From positions 1 to 53,205 of the forward strand of contig JAYZDK010000098.1 in the NCBI GenBank assembly GCA_036337845.1: DNA of 53,205 nucleotides. Direction: 5' to 3'. This DNA comes from Myxococcota bacterium (GTDB lineage Bacteria > Myxococcota_A > UBA796 > CAJQPC01). A program made the position numbers and the translations under genes. Of this stretch, positions 14,783 to 24,059 are shown piece after piece. The notes beneath the pieces were generated by a model. The model worked only from the letters and a program-made list of their open reading frames with translations. It did not search any database and was not told the origin of the DNA. How positions within the stretch are numbered: the first letter of the stretch is position 1; each line of letters opens with the position of its first letter.

Positions 14783-16344
14783 CTGGGCGAAGACAACGCA
14801 GACCCCACGTCCTGCGTAGACCCCGGGACACGGCCCAAGAAGACCACGGCTGCCACCGAGGCCGTGCCTCCTACAATCAGCGTCAGCCACACGGGCACGC
14901 CCAACCCCACCGGTATCGTTCCCGCAACGAGCGAAAGCATTCCGGTCACCACCGCGTAGGGGAGCTGGGTACGAACATGGGGCACCAGCTCACACCCCGA
15001 GCCAATGCTGGAGAGCACAGTGGTATCCGAGATGGGCGAGCAGTGGTCTCCCCAACATGCGCCTGTGAGCACAGAACCCGCTGTGGCCAGGTGAATTGCC
15101 GGGTCTGCTGAGATTGCAAAACCCAGTGGCAACGCCATGGGGATCAGAATCGCCATCGCCGTAAACGAACTGCCCGTTGCAAAAGATGTGAGCGCTGCCA
15201 ACACAAACACCAACGTGGGAAGGGTCCACGCAGGCAGCGTTGAGGCCAACAACGAGGTCACGTACTCCGCGGCTCCCAGCTCGGAAATCGCTCCGCCCAA
15301 TGTCCAAGCACAGAACAAGACCACGAGCGCCAGGCTGAGGTGACGCATGCTTCCTAGTCCAGCCTTCACCGACTCCACGCCACCGAGTCCACCCAACACT
15401 CGAGCCAGCACCACGGAAAGCCCGAGCGAAATGGCAGAAGCCTGAAACATGGCTTTGGCGCTGTCGGCGTTTCCGAGAACCTCAAACAAGGGAGCGTCCG
15501 GCTCCAGCCCCTCACGCCCCGTGTGCCACATCATGAACAAGGCGGTGGCCAAGAGCGTCACAATCGGAAGAATCGCGGCAAGCGCCAGGGCAGGCTGCAC
15601 AGCCTCTGAGGCCTCCTCGGCTTCCTCGACAGGCCTGGCCAACGCCGCTTCTTCTGCCGCAACCATCGGGCCGAAATCCTTGCCGGTCCAAGCAATCGCA
15701 CCCACAAAAACAATCGTGTAGAGGCTGTAGAACCGATAACCCAGCCCCTCCACAAAGAAGATGTAGGCATCCTTCTCGATACCGGCAGCCTCAAGCCCTT
15801 CATTCAATAGAAGGATCTCGTAGCCAATCCACGTCGAAATCAGTGCCAAAGACGCAATCGGAGCGGCTGTACTGTCGATAATGTACGCCAACTTTTCCCG
15901 AGAAATTCTCAGCCGGTCCGCCAAAGGCCGCATGGCGCTGCCCACCACAAGACAGTTCGCGTAGTCATCGAAAAACACGGTCAAACCTGCAAACCAGGTG
16001 GCGAGCATGCCTCCTCGGCGCGTCTTCGCGCGAGTCTCCAAGAGCCCCACCATGGCGCGAGTACCTCCACTCGCAGACATCACTCCCACCATGGCTGCCA
16101 CAAAGAACGTAAACAGCAGGATCTGAAAGTGGAAGCTGTCGGACAACGCCTCCCACATGATCACCGTCACCACGTGGTACGCCCCAGTAAACGGCGCCAA
16201 CCAGAACGGATCTTCAGCCAGAACAACCAGGAACCCCGCCAGCCAGATGGAGCTCACCAATGACAATAGGACCCGGCGCGTCACCAAACAAAGCGCGATA
16301 GCGGCAAAGGCTGGCAACAGAGAAAGCGGGCCCGCCTCAATCAT
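14779..16344 (-). CDS. Na+/H+ antiporter, NhaC family
   Basis: 521-aa polytopic membrane protein with NhaC-like segments (FFDDYANCLVVGSAMRP, GACWGDHCSPISDTTVLSS). Confidence 0.8.
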   Translation of the reverse strand: MIEAGPLSLLPAFAAIALCLVTRRVLLSLVSSIWLAGFLVVLAEDPFWLAPFTGAYHVVTVIMWEALSDSFHFQILLFTFFVAAMVGVMSASGGTRAMVGLLETRAKTRRGGMLATWFAGLTVFFDDYANCLVVGSAMRPLADRLRISREKLAYIIDSTAAPIASLALISTWIGYEILLLNEGLEAAGIEKDAYIFFVEGLGYRFYSLYTIVFVGAIAWTGKDFGPMVAAEEAALARPVEEAEEASEAVQPALALAAILPIVTLLATALFMMWHTGREGLEPDAPLFEVLGNADSAKAMFQASAISLGLSVVLARVLGGLGGVESVKAGLGSMRHLSLALVVLFCAWTLGGAISELGAAEYVTSLLASTLPAWTLPTLVFVLAALTSFATGSSFTAMAILIPMALPLGFAISADPAIHLATAGSVLTGACWGDHCSPISDTTVLSSIGSGCELVPHVRTQLPYAVVTGMLSLVAGTIPVGLGVPVWLTLIVGGTASVAAVVFLGRVPGSTQDVGSALSSPS

Positions 16345-16476
16345 TCAAAGCACTCCTCCATTCCAATTCAAAGTCTGAAGTCTCTGGCCAACCCAGGCAA
16401 CAAGGGACTTTACCTCAGCGGAAGTCTGGTCTACCATCACATCGACGCCGGGGCTGCTTTTGCGCAAGGTGTTGGA

Positions 16477-17055
16477 TTGATTCTATTTGTCTCCGCTGTG
16501 CGAGAGGAGCTGGGCGATCTCCCCGGAGAGGCACTCGGCGTGGGGTATGTCGTGGCGGCTACGCGCATGGCGACTCTGCTCACGGAAACCCGTCCGTCGG
16601 GCGTGGTAATGCTCGGAACGGCGGGGAGCTATCCCAATGGACCAGAGACCGGTTCTGCGGTGGTGGCACGACGCATCGGGCTGTCTCTGGGCGTGGCTGT
16701 GATGGGCCTGGGATATGTGCCCAGACCGCCGGTACCCTACACCTGTGACAGCCGGCTGATGGAGCGACTGGACCTCCCTCAAGTCGATGTCTTGTCCGTT
16801 GGGGCTATCACCACAGACGAAGTGCTCGCTGACCGTCTCTCCGACGGGTGGCAAATCGAACAAATGGAAGCCTACGGAACGGCGCATGCCTGCGCACAAG
16901 CCGGTGTTCCTTTTGTGGGAATCTACGGAATCTCCAATCGAGTAGGGCCCAACGCACACACCGAATGGCTGGCTCACCGAGGAGATGCCCGGGATCGCGT
17001 TCGGGAGGCGGCCGGCCTGTTCTTTGCCCCGCCAAAGCTCAGCCAACAAGGCTAG
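16477..17055 (+). CDS. Nucleoside phosphorylase/nucleosidase-family protein, possibly futalosine hydrolase (MqnB-like)
   Basis: TTG start. ILFVSAVREELGDL...GVGYVVAA...MLGTAGSY...EQMEAYGTAHACAQAGVPFVGIYGISNRVG matches the PNP_UDP_1/MTA-nucleosidase pattern, and the ~190-aa size fits MqnB. A mirror ORF (16483..17064, minus) was rejected. Confidence 0.5.
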   Translation: MILFVSAVREELGDLPGEALGVGYVVAATRMATLLTETRPSGVVMLGTAGSYPNGPETGSAVVARRIGLSLGVAVMGLGYVPRPPVPYTCDSRLMERLDLPQVDVLSVGAITTDEVLADRLSDGWQIEQMEAYGTAHACAQAGVPFVGIYGISNRVGPNAHTEWLAHRGDARDRVREAAGLFFAPPKLSQQG

Positions 17056-17083
17056 GGCCCCCAAGCTGGGTTAGGGACAAGAG

Positions 17084-17971
17084 ATGTCCTGGAAAAAACT
17101 ACCCCTCGTTGCGTTCGATACGGAGACCACAGGTCTTCAGGCTCACAACGGAGACCGGGTGATCGAATTCGCAGCGGTGGAGTTCACTCTGGATGAAACC
17201 GGGCGTATCGAGAACGTGATTCGAAGAGAGAAACTCTTCAATCCAGGCATCCCCATTCCTCGGGAAGTCGTCAAACTCACCGGCATATCCGACGAAGACG
17301 TCGTCGATGCTCCACCGTTCAAAACCCACGCAAAAGAAATCTGGTCTCTCTTGCACGAGCGGATCATCGTGGCCCACAACCTGCCATTCGACCGTGGGTT
17401 CCTCTGCATGGAGTTCCGAAAGCTCGGCCTGGACTGGCCGGCCCCCTTGGCCGAAATCGACACCTACGACCTCTCGGTTCGATTTTTCAAGGAGTCCCGT
17501 GGGCACAAGCTATCCGATGTCTCCAGTCGCCTGGGAGTGACCCTCGAAGGCGCCCACCGCGCATCCAACGATGCCGAAGCCTCCGGCCGGGTCTTCCTGA
17601 AAATCGCGGACCAACTCAACGCTCCCGGCGAGCTTGAGGAGATGCTCGACTGGGCCGACGCCTTGGGCCAGCCTCCCCCCAACTCTGTGATCGCGCTCAA
17701 CGAAAAGTCCATTCCTGTGTTCACAGAGGCGCCGCTTGAAGGCGAGTCCATAGAAGACCACCCCGTGCATCTGCAGTGGATGGAGATCGCCCTCGTCCGA
17801 GCCGAGGGGGCATGGCAACCGCGTTATCCCGCAGCTCTTCGCGCCTGGATATCCCGATTCCTTCGGATTCGAGCCTCGGGCCGGGCCCGGCAAAACCCCA
17901 AGAGCTTCTCACCGGCCGACTGGACTATCGACAGCCTCGCTCTTCCGCCGGAAGAAGCCGGACTGCTGTAG
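17084..17971 (+). CDS. DEDD-family 3'-5' exonuclease (DnaQ/epsilon-like) with a C-terminal extension of unknown function
   Basis: Exo I VAFDTETTGL, Exo II IVAHNLPFDRGFL, Exo III HRASNDAEASG. About 110 aa of unassigned C-terminal sequence follow. Confidence 0.8.
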   Translation: MSWKKLPLVAFDTETTGLQAHNGDRVIEFAAVEFTLDETGRIENVIRREKLFNPGIPIPREVVKLTGISDEDVVDAPPFKTHAKEIWSLLHERIIVAHNLPFDRGFLCMEFRKLGLDWPAPLAEIDTYDLSVRFFKESRGHKLSDVSSRLGVTLEGAHRASNDAEASGRVFLKIADQLNAPGELEEMLDWADALGQPPPNSVIALNEKSIPVFTEAPLEGESIEDHPVHLQWMEIALVRAEGAWQPRYPAALRAWISRFLRIRASGRARQNPKSFSPADWTIDSLALPPEEAGLL

Positions 17972-17982
17972 GCTCCGCACAC

Positions 17983-18591
17983 ATGTTCTCACTCTTGGCG
18001 ATAGGCCTTCAAGGCTGTGTAGCACTCAGTCCTAATGCCGACCTGGTCGCCCAACTCAACCGTGAAATCATCGCGCTGCACAGCCGCACCGAGATGCTTG
18101 AAAAGACAGCTCTCACATGCGACGACCCCGAGGCTCCGCCACCAGCAATCTTCGCGGACCTCAACCAGGTATTCTACGAGGGAGACGTGGAGATCAGCAG
18201 AGACGGTTCCATCGTACTGGTCACCATTCCCGGATCAACCTTGTTTGCCAGTGGCTCAGTCCGGGTGCGCAAGGAAACCGAGATGGTCCTCGACCTCCTG
18301 GCCACAGCCCTCAACGCGCATCCAGACCACAGAGTGCGTGTAGTCGGGCACACCGATGACGCCCCGCTCACCGGCCGGCTGCTGCGGGCCTACCCGTCAA
18401 ACTGGGAGCTGTCTTCCGCACGGGCCGGCTCGGTCATTCGAACGCTCGTAAAAGATTATGGCGTAGCCCCAGAGCGTTTTTCCGCTACCGGCCGCGCCGA
18501 GTTCGACCCTCTCGCAGACAACGCTACTTCTGCAGGGCGAGCTTCCAATCGAAGAGTCACCCTCGAAATCCTACCCACGGAACTTCCATGA
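17983..18591 (+). CDS. OmpA/MotB-family lipoprotein (peptidoglycan-binding C-terminal domain)
   Basis: The in-frame ATG at 17983 gives MFSLLAIGLQGC (lipobox). The C-terminal OmpA-like domain reads FASGSVRVRKET...VRVVGHTDDAPL...SNWELSSARAGSV...NRRVTLEI. Confidence 0.8.
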   Translation: MFSLLAIGLQGCVALSPNADLVAQLNREIIALHSRTEMLEKTALTCDDPEAPPPAIFADLNQVFYEGDVEISRDGSIVLVTIPGSTLFASGSVRVRKETEMVLDLLATALNAHPDHRVRVVGHTDDAPLTGRLLRAYPSNWELSSARAGSVIRTLVKDYGVAPERFSATGRAEFDPLADNATSAGRASNRRVTLEILPTELP

Positions 18592-19103
18592 ACGCTCTAT
18601 GGCTCCTGTTCGCCGCCACGGGTTGTGGCTCCGGCGCAGATGACTCAACCGACACCAGCGCCTGTGGAGATCTCGATGGCCCAGGCAGCGACACTGGAAA
18701 CCTACCTGGCGTGCTGGGTCGATGGACCGTCAGCTTCGGCTCCAACAACTACACCGATGGCTGCGGCGTGGCCGACTTCGACAACACCAGTGAAGACTGG
18801 CTCATCGGCGCTATGGAGGTTCGTGGTCGCGTACCCGACGCACTCTATGCGGTCTTCGACAATGAGGACGAGCGGTTCTATGGACTCCAAGCCAACAACG
18901 GAGGGATTGTCTTTTCAGGCACCCACGAAGACGAGCGACACGGCACCATGTGGGTCAGCATGGGGGGCTTGGTCTATCAGGATGCCTATCGGGACCGAAC
19001 CGTGATTGAAGGCTTTGGCTTCATTGGCCTGGACACCCTTGGAGACGGAGAGATCGACTGCTATGCCCGAGGTGACTTTGAAGCCTTCAAGAGTGGTTTC
19101 TAA
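18588..19103 (+). CDS. Hypothetical lipoprotein
   Basis: MNALWLLFAATGC lipobox. 4-nt ATGA overlap with the upstream gene. No family recognised. Confidence 0.55.
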   Translation: MNALWLLFAATGCGSGADDSTDTSACGDLDGPGSDTGNLPGVLGRWTVSFGSNNYTDGCGVADFDNTSEDWLIGAMEVRGRVPDALYAVFDNEDERFYGLQANNGGIVFSGTHEDERHGTMWVSMGGLVYQDAYRDRTVIEGFGFIGLDTLGDGEIDCYARGDFEAFKSGF

Positions 19104-19106
19104 TCC

Positions 19107-20879
19107 GTGAAGTCTCCTCCAAAAATTCAACACGTCGTTCGGTGCTACAGCCCTGATTTTCGAGAAGGCATGAATGCCAAACTCGAAGAAGTCAGCGACC
19201 CTGAGGCTTGTCTCGAGCGAACCAACAACCTTTCAGAAGAGAGCCGAAACCTACTCGATACCCTCTTGCTGGCCACGGACCCTGGAGACCGTGTCCCGGT
19301 GCGGTTTGGCTCCATCATCGAAGAACACGGCGGACCTCTCTGGCAGGCGGCACTCTTGATCCCCATGGTGACCCCCTCCCCAGGAGTGACCATCGATCCT
19401 CGGCACTATGCCGCGATGTGTCGAACCAATCCACACCTTGAGAATTACCAGTCTTTCTCTGGAGATCGGCCCCGAATCGATCCCGAGTGTGCAGCCAGCC
19501 TTCCACCTTCCGATGCTCGTTTGGATGCAGTCGTGGTAGCCGCTCTTCTGGAGCGCACCCCACGCAAGCTCTCCAAGGACGGCAACCTCCGCTCGGATGT
19601 GGAAACCCGTCTGCTCCAGTCCCTTGGCGAAGACACTCACCGCTGGCAGCTCGCCCTTCAACTCGCCCGATGCGGCGGACTGGTTCGTGGCGTCAACGAG
19701 AAGCTACTGGGCTTTCCAGAATCGCCCCTTCGACGCCTGGCTCACCCCGAGGAACTGCTTCCAGAAGAAGACCGCAGCGCAGCGCTCTTGCTCTTGAGAC
19801 TGGTGGATGATGCTTGGACCGACCTGTCCGCACTGGAAGAGATGTTGTGCAATCGGGCCCGAGAAGTGCTGCATTCTGCTGGAACCGAAGCGCCCGGCCA
19901 CTATGCAGCCCACCCCGCCTGCCCCTTCAACAAAGCGGGCTGGAGTGCCGTGGAAGCTCCTTCACTGCGGCTGGCAGCGGATGTCCTCACCCGAGCGGGT
20001 TTTTTCGAGAGCGTACAAGGCCCCAACGGCCCCACCGCCTTGCGAACTCCAAACGGCGGACTCCCCGCAGCCCCTGGCTTCCTAGTTACGCCCGACCTGG
20101 AAATCATGGTGGCACCCGGAGAGATCCCGCGGAGCGAATACGGTCGGCTGTGCCGAATGGCCCCTTATGTCGATGGAGATCGCGTACACCGCCACCGGTT
20201 GAGCCGAGACGGTGTCGCCGCCGACATCGCCGCAGGTCACAAATCACCCCAGACATTCCTCTCCGAGTACGCTCGCATCCCGTTGCCTCCATCGGTGACC
20301 AGCAGCCTGCAGGAATGGGGGCGATCTGCATCACGAATCACACTGTGGACCAGCGTGGACGTTCTGGAAGAAGATGGCGTGATCCGGTTTGCCGAGGACC
20401 AGGAGTTTGACCGCGCAATCGACTACCACACAGAGACCCCCTCCCAGTTCCACATGGAGGGCGACACGGTGATCATTCCAGCCGGCCAAGACTCGCTGCG
20501 CCTGCGTGGGTCTGTTCTGAGAGTGGGCGCCTATCTCGGCACCGAAGACGGAGAGCACCGATATCGCCTGGCCCCGCGGGAGCTTCCGGATCCTGAAGCC
20601 ACACTACGAGGCCTGGCCAAACACACCTCCGATGGCCTGGTGCCCGGGCAACTGGAAGCCTCCATCTGGGCCGCTAACGGGGAGTCCGCTTTTCGAGCAG
20701 AAGAAGCCCTTGTCGTCCACCTCTCCATCAAGGCCAGCGAGTCTCTACGCCGAGACCCGATTGCGGGCCCGCTACTGCACACCACGATCAACGAGAGCTC
20801 GTCGCTGGTGCAACGCAAAGACCTCCCGGCACTGGAAGAGCGTCTTGAAGCGCTGGGGTTCGGCCACGCAGAAGAGTAG
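19107..20879 (+). CDS. Helicase-associated protein with an XPB/Ssl2 N-terminal-like (p52/Tfb2-like) domain
   Basis: The segment FLVTPDLEIMVAPGEIPRSEYGRLCRMAPYVDGDRVHRHRLSRDGVAADIAAGHKSPQTFLSEYARIPLPPSVTSSLQEWGR follows a pattern I recall for 'helicase-associated' proteins encoded next to bacterial XPB (VQPD..V.VPG ... YR.T..SVRRA.DAG.....L..FL...S..P.PQ.L.YLI.D). The track start is a GTG; the first ATG is at 19170. Convergent with the XPB-Bax1 operon. Confidence 0.55.
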   Translation: MKSPPKIQHVVRCYSPDFREGMNAKLEEVSDPEACLERTNNLSEESRNLLDTLLLATDPGDRVPVRFGSIIEEHGGPLWQAALLIPMVTPSPGVTIDPRHYAAMCRTNPHLENYQSFSGDRPRIDPECAASLPPSDARLDAVVVAALLERTPRKLSKDGNLRSDVETRLLQSLGEDTHRWQLALQLARCGGLVRGVNEKLLGFPESPLRRLAHPEELLPEEDRSAALLLLRLVDDAWTDLSALEEMLCNRAREVLHSAGTEAPGHYAAHPACPFNKAGWSAVEAPSLRLAADVLTRAGFFESVQGPNGPTALRTPNGGLPAAPGFLVTPDLEIMVAPGEIPRSEYGRLCRMAPYVDGDRVHRHRLSRDGVAADIAAGHKSPQTFLSEYARIPLPPSVTSSLQEWGRSASRITLWTSVDVLEEDGVIRFAEDQEFDRAIDYHTETPSQFHMEGDTVIIPAGQDSLRLRGSVLRVGAYLGTEDGEHRYRLAPRELPDPEATLRGLAKHTSDGLVPGQLEASIWAANGESAFRAEEALVVHLSIKASESLRRDPIAGPLLHTTINESSSLVQRKDLPALEERLEALGFGHAEE

Positions 20880-20883
20880 CTCT

Positions 20884-22077
20884 TCAGCAGGCAACACGCT
20901 CCAAACACGCCAAGACATCCTTGGGCGGCACCACCTCCTTGAAATAGACCACCCGGCCCGGGAACTTCGAGAGGGCCTCTTTGGTTCCCGCAAGCTTCGT
21001 GGACACCGCCATCACCAGGTTCTTGGGCCCTCCCTTCTTCAAGAGCTTCATACGGCTCGAAAGCCAAGAGCGGCGCCAGAAGCCCACAATCTCAAGATGA
21101 GCCACCTTCCCATCCCGACTGAAGGTGAAGTCCGGAACCACCACCTGGTTGCCGCCAATGTCCAGAGCCACACCCTCACGGGTCAGGCTCCAGTCTGTCT
21201 CCAAGGCCTCAAAACGCTCCTGAAACCAGGTTTCTGTTTGAGTGATGTAGGCACCAGTGTCCCGGTAGTGCGACACCAGGCCAAGCGTGGAATCCAGCAC
21301 CAGGTGTTTTCGAAGATTGCGCCTCGTCCAATGGACTGTACCCTCCAACTCCCAGGGACACTCCTGTAGAAGAAGCGCTGGAAACCAGTTGGCGAGCGCC
21401 ATGCCGTAGCGAGTGCTCAAGCGCAACAGAGAAGCCGGTCCATCCAAGATTACAGAAATACCGCCTTCGGCCTTCTCCAGCCGATGCATCAACCCGTGAA
21501 ACTTCACAAAGCGAAACAACTGCCTCACCCGCTCGGGAGACGGGTCCGCCAGCCGCACTTCCATCTCCTGACAGCGCAGAAGAAGCGACTGCACCAACGC
21601 CACGTTGTAGCGATTCAGCAGCCAGTCGATGTCCCGCGCACCGAGCTTGAGAATCACCTGCTCCTGCTTGCGGTCCGCATAGAGCAAGCGCTGAACTTCT
21701 TCTGGAGCCAGGCCGATTTCTTCCGCGACCTGCGCGTAGACCTGGCGAGCAAAAGCCCTGGAAGGCGCACTGGAGGCCATCTCGAAGAGCCGCGCTCTCA
21801 GCTCGGGCGCGGGCACCGGAGGCTCGGTGGTGAACTTGGACGCATCCGAGAGCACCTTGGCCAGCCCCCGCACCAGCTTGTGGTCAATGCCATCCCCTAG
21901 AACCTCGTCGATCCCCGCCTTGAGTTCCCCCCGATTGGCTCCTGTTTCAAGTCCGGCCTGGTAGACCGAGAACACCGCTTGTGCGCGCTCGCGCACCTTG
22001 TCGTTCTCCGGGTCCACCAAGGAAGGCCGGAGTTCCTTTTTCTGCACCCGCGCACGCACGAGATCACCGGTAAGCAT
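20884..22077 (-). CDS. DUF790-family nuclease (Bax1-like partner of XPB)
   Basis: The N-terminus MLTGDLVRARVQKKELRPSLVDP is typical of DUF790/Bax1 proteins. The size (397 aa) and position immediately downstream of XPB, overlapping it by 14 nt, also fit. Confidence 0.7.
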   Translation of the reverse strand: MLTGDLVRARVQKKELRPSLVDPENDKVRERAQAVFSVYQAGLETGANRGELKAGIDEVLGDGIDHKLVRGLAKVLSDASKFTTEPPVPAPELRARLFEMASSAPSRAFARQVYAQVAEEIGLAPEEVQRLLYADRKQEQVILKLGARDIDWLLNRYNVALVQSLLLRCQEMEVRLADPSPERVRQLFRFVKFHGLMHRLEKAEGGISVILDGPASLLRLSTRYGMALANWFPALLLQECPWELEGTVHWTRRNLRKHLVLDSTLGLVSHYRDTGAYITQTETWFQERFEALETDWSLTREGVALDIGGNQVVVPDFTFSRDGKVAHLEIVGFWRRSWLSSRMKLLKKGGPKNLVMAVSTKLAGTKEALSKFPGRVVYFKEVVPPKDVLACLERVAC

Positions 22078-23425
22078 CGTGGTCCCGCCGTCGCTCAGAG
22101 GTCTTTTCTTCCACCGTATCCATGGTCACCAGCTCATAGAGCAGGGCCCGCTTGTCCTGGCCAGGCCTCAGAATCCGACCCAGCCTTTGAACGTGCTCTC
22201 GCACGGTCCCGCTGCCGGAGAGCACCACACCCACCTCGGCCTCGGGCATGTCCACGCCCTCGTTGAGTACCTTGGAGGTCACCACCACCTTCCAGCGCCC
22301 TTCGGAGAAACCCGCGAGCACCTCGCGACGCTCGGCGGCCGGAGTCTCGTGGGTGATGCAAGGCACCAGAAACTCCCTGGAAATCCGGTACACCGTGCGG
22401 TTGTCATTGGTGAACAAGAGCACACGGTTGTCCCGATGCCTGGCGAGAATGTCCTCCACCGCCTCGAGCTTGCCTCGCGCTTCGTGAATCACACGCCGGC
22501 TCTCCCGATGGGCCCGCAACGCAGCCCTGCCATCCTTGCTCCGGGCCGCCGTCCGCAGAAAACGCTGCCACCCCCCTGGCCCACCAATACGAATCCGCTT
22601 GGCTCCCAGAAAAGACAAATAGGTCTTACGGGCCGTCTCGTAGGCCACAGCCTCTTCTTCGGTCAGGGAAACCTCCACCCGAATGGTGTCGTAGTCGGCC
22701 AACACCTCGCCTGCGAACTCCCGGATTCCTCTCCGATACACCACCGGGCCCACCAGCCACTCCAGGGCCAGGTGCGCGTCATCCGGGCGCTCCGGGGTCG
22801 CGCTCAACCCCAATCGGAACGGTGCCACACACATCTCCGCAATCTGTGACCAGGCACCCGAGGGCAGATGGTGCACCTCGTCAAAGACCACCAACCCAAA
22901 CCGGTTTCCGTAGCGCTCCATGTGGATGTATGCGGAGTCGTAGGTGGAAACCGTGATCGGTCGCAACTCGTGCTGACCACCGCCCAGCATGCCAATCTCA
23001 CACTTGAAGGCCTTTTCCAGCACGCCCTGCCACTGGTTCACCAGGTCAATGGTGGGTGCCACCACCAGGGTGGCTCGGCGTGTATCCGCAATACACAACT
23101 CCGCGACATAGGTCTTTCCCGAGCCCGTCGGCAGAATCACCTGTCCTCGGCGGTTCGCACGTGTCCAGTGCTCAAGCGCTGCGAGTTGGTAGTCCCGAGG
23201 CTCGCGGTCGGTGTGATGCTCCAACACGTCAAAGCGCGGATAGTCCTGGACGTCGTCCTGGTAGGGCGTAGCAGTGTCATGGAGATTCTGGACAAAATCC
23301 CGATACTCAATCGCCATGGCACGAGCTGCACCCACCCGCTCATCCCATCGAAAATCCGGAGGAAGTTCTGCGGCGTCGAGGCCTTCGACCAAGAGCGTGC
23401 CTTTGTCGAAACGGACCGAAATCAT
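22064..23425 (-). CDS. xpb: XPB/ERCC3/Rad25-type SF2 DNA helicase
   Basis: N-terminal damage-recognition-like ISVRFDKGTLLVEGL. RDYQLAALEHW. Walker A ILPTGSGKT. DEVH box VVFDEVHHL. Motif VI HVQRLGRILR. Confidence 0.85.
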   Translation of the reverse strand: MISVRFDKGTLLVEGLDAAELPPDFRWDERVGAARAMAIEYRDFVQNLHDTATPYQDDVQDYPRFDVLEHHTDREPRDYQLAALEHWTRANRRGQVILPTGSGKTYVAELCIADTRRATLVVAPTIDLVNQWQGVLEKAFKCEIGMLGGGQHELRPITVSTYDSAYIHMERYGNRFGLVVFDEVHHLPSGAWSQIAEMCVAPFRLGLSATPERPDDAHLALEWLVGPVVYRRGIREFAGEVLADYDTIRVEVSLTEEEAVAYETARKTYLSFLGAKRIRIGGPGGWQRFLRTAARSKDGRAALRAHRESRRVIHEARGKLEAVEDILARHRDNRVLLFTNDNRTVYRISREFLVPCITHETPAAERREVLAGFSEGRWKVVVTSKVLNEGVDMPEAEVGVVLSGSGTVREHVQRLGRILRPGQDKRALLYELVTMDTVEEKTSERRRDHDAYR

Positions 23426-24015
23426 GAACGGGCGCTAGCGTCCTGGGAGAGATGATGCCGGAGCTTGGCTTGGAGATAGAGCGCATCGGCCGCATGAACC
23501 AAGAAGGCCGGAAGGGCCACAAACCTCAGCAGCGACTCATCCCGGTAGACAAAATAGAGCAGCAAGGGAAACGCCCCCGCAAAGCCGCCACGGAGCCCGA
23601 GGATCATCCCCACAATCACCAGTACAACCGGCCCGATTCCAGCGAGAGCATGGAGCCACTCCACCCCAATGTAGAACCAGGTACCCGGAAAGGTACGAGA
23701 CAACACAACCTGGCAGGCAAAGGAAACAATCAACATGCCCATCCATCGCGCCGGGGTCATCATCGGGGCGCGAACCGCGATGGACATGCGCAACAAGAAG
23801 GCCAGCGCTCCCACAGCAACAACCTGCCAGAACAAGCCTGACGCCAGTGTTTCCACGGGGATTTCCATGACCCGAGACACATCGGGCTCCCACAAGGGAA
23901 CACAGCCGGCCATGAGGCCAAGCCCGGCGGGCAACATCACCTGAAACCAACGCATGCTGGACACTCGCCTCTCCCTCTCCAGCGTATCACTGTGAGCACG
24001 AGTCGCCGATTGCAT
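23422..24015 (-). CDS. Hypothetical polytopic membrane protein, translationally coupled to xpb
   Basis: 197-aa ORF with ~5 hydrophobic segments. Its stop overlaps the xpb start by 4 nt (ATGA). The alternative start Met21 gives MRWFQVMLPAGLGLMAGC. No family recognised. Confidence 0.5.
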   Translation of the reverse strand: MQSATRAHSDTLERERRVSSMRWFQVMLPAGLGLMAGCVPLWEPDVSRVMEIPVETLASGLFWQVVAVGALAFLLRMSIAVRAPMMTPARWMGMLIVSFACQVVLSRTFPGTWFYIGVEWLHALAGIGPVVLVIVGMILGLRGGFAGAFPLLLYFVYRDESLLRFVALPAFLVHAADALYLQAKLRHHLSQDASARS

Positions 24016-24059
24016 CCGCCGAATCGAACCGTTAGCGTTTGTTCTAAGGAGCTTTTCGC

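Noticed and set aside
16483-17064. 193-aa minus-strand ORF mirroring the MqnB-like gene
   Set aside because: The plus-strand translation shows nucleoside-phosphorylase-family motifs (GTAGSY, EQMEAYG...GISNRVG). The minus-strand translation is Arg/His/Ser-rich with no motifs.
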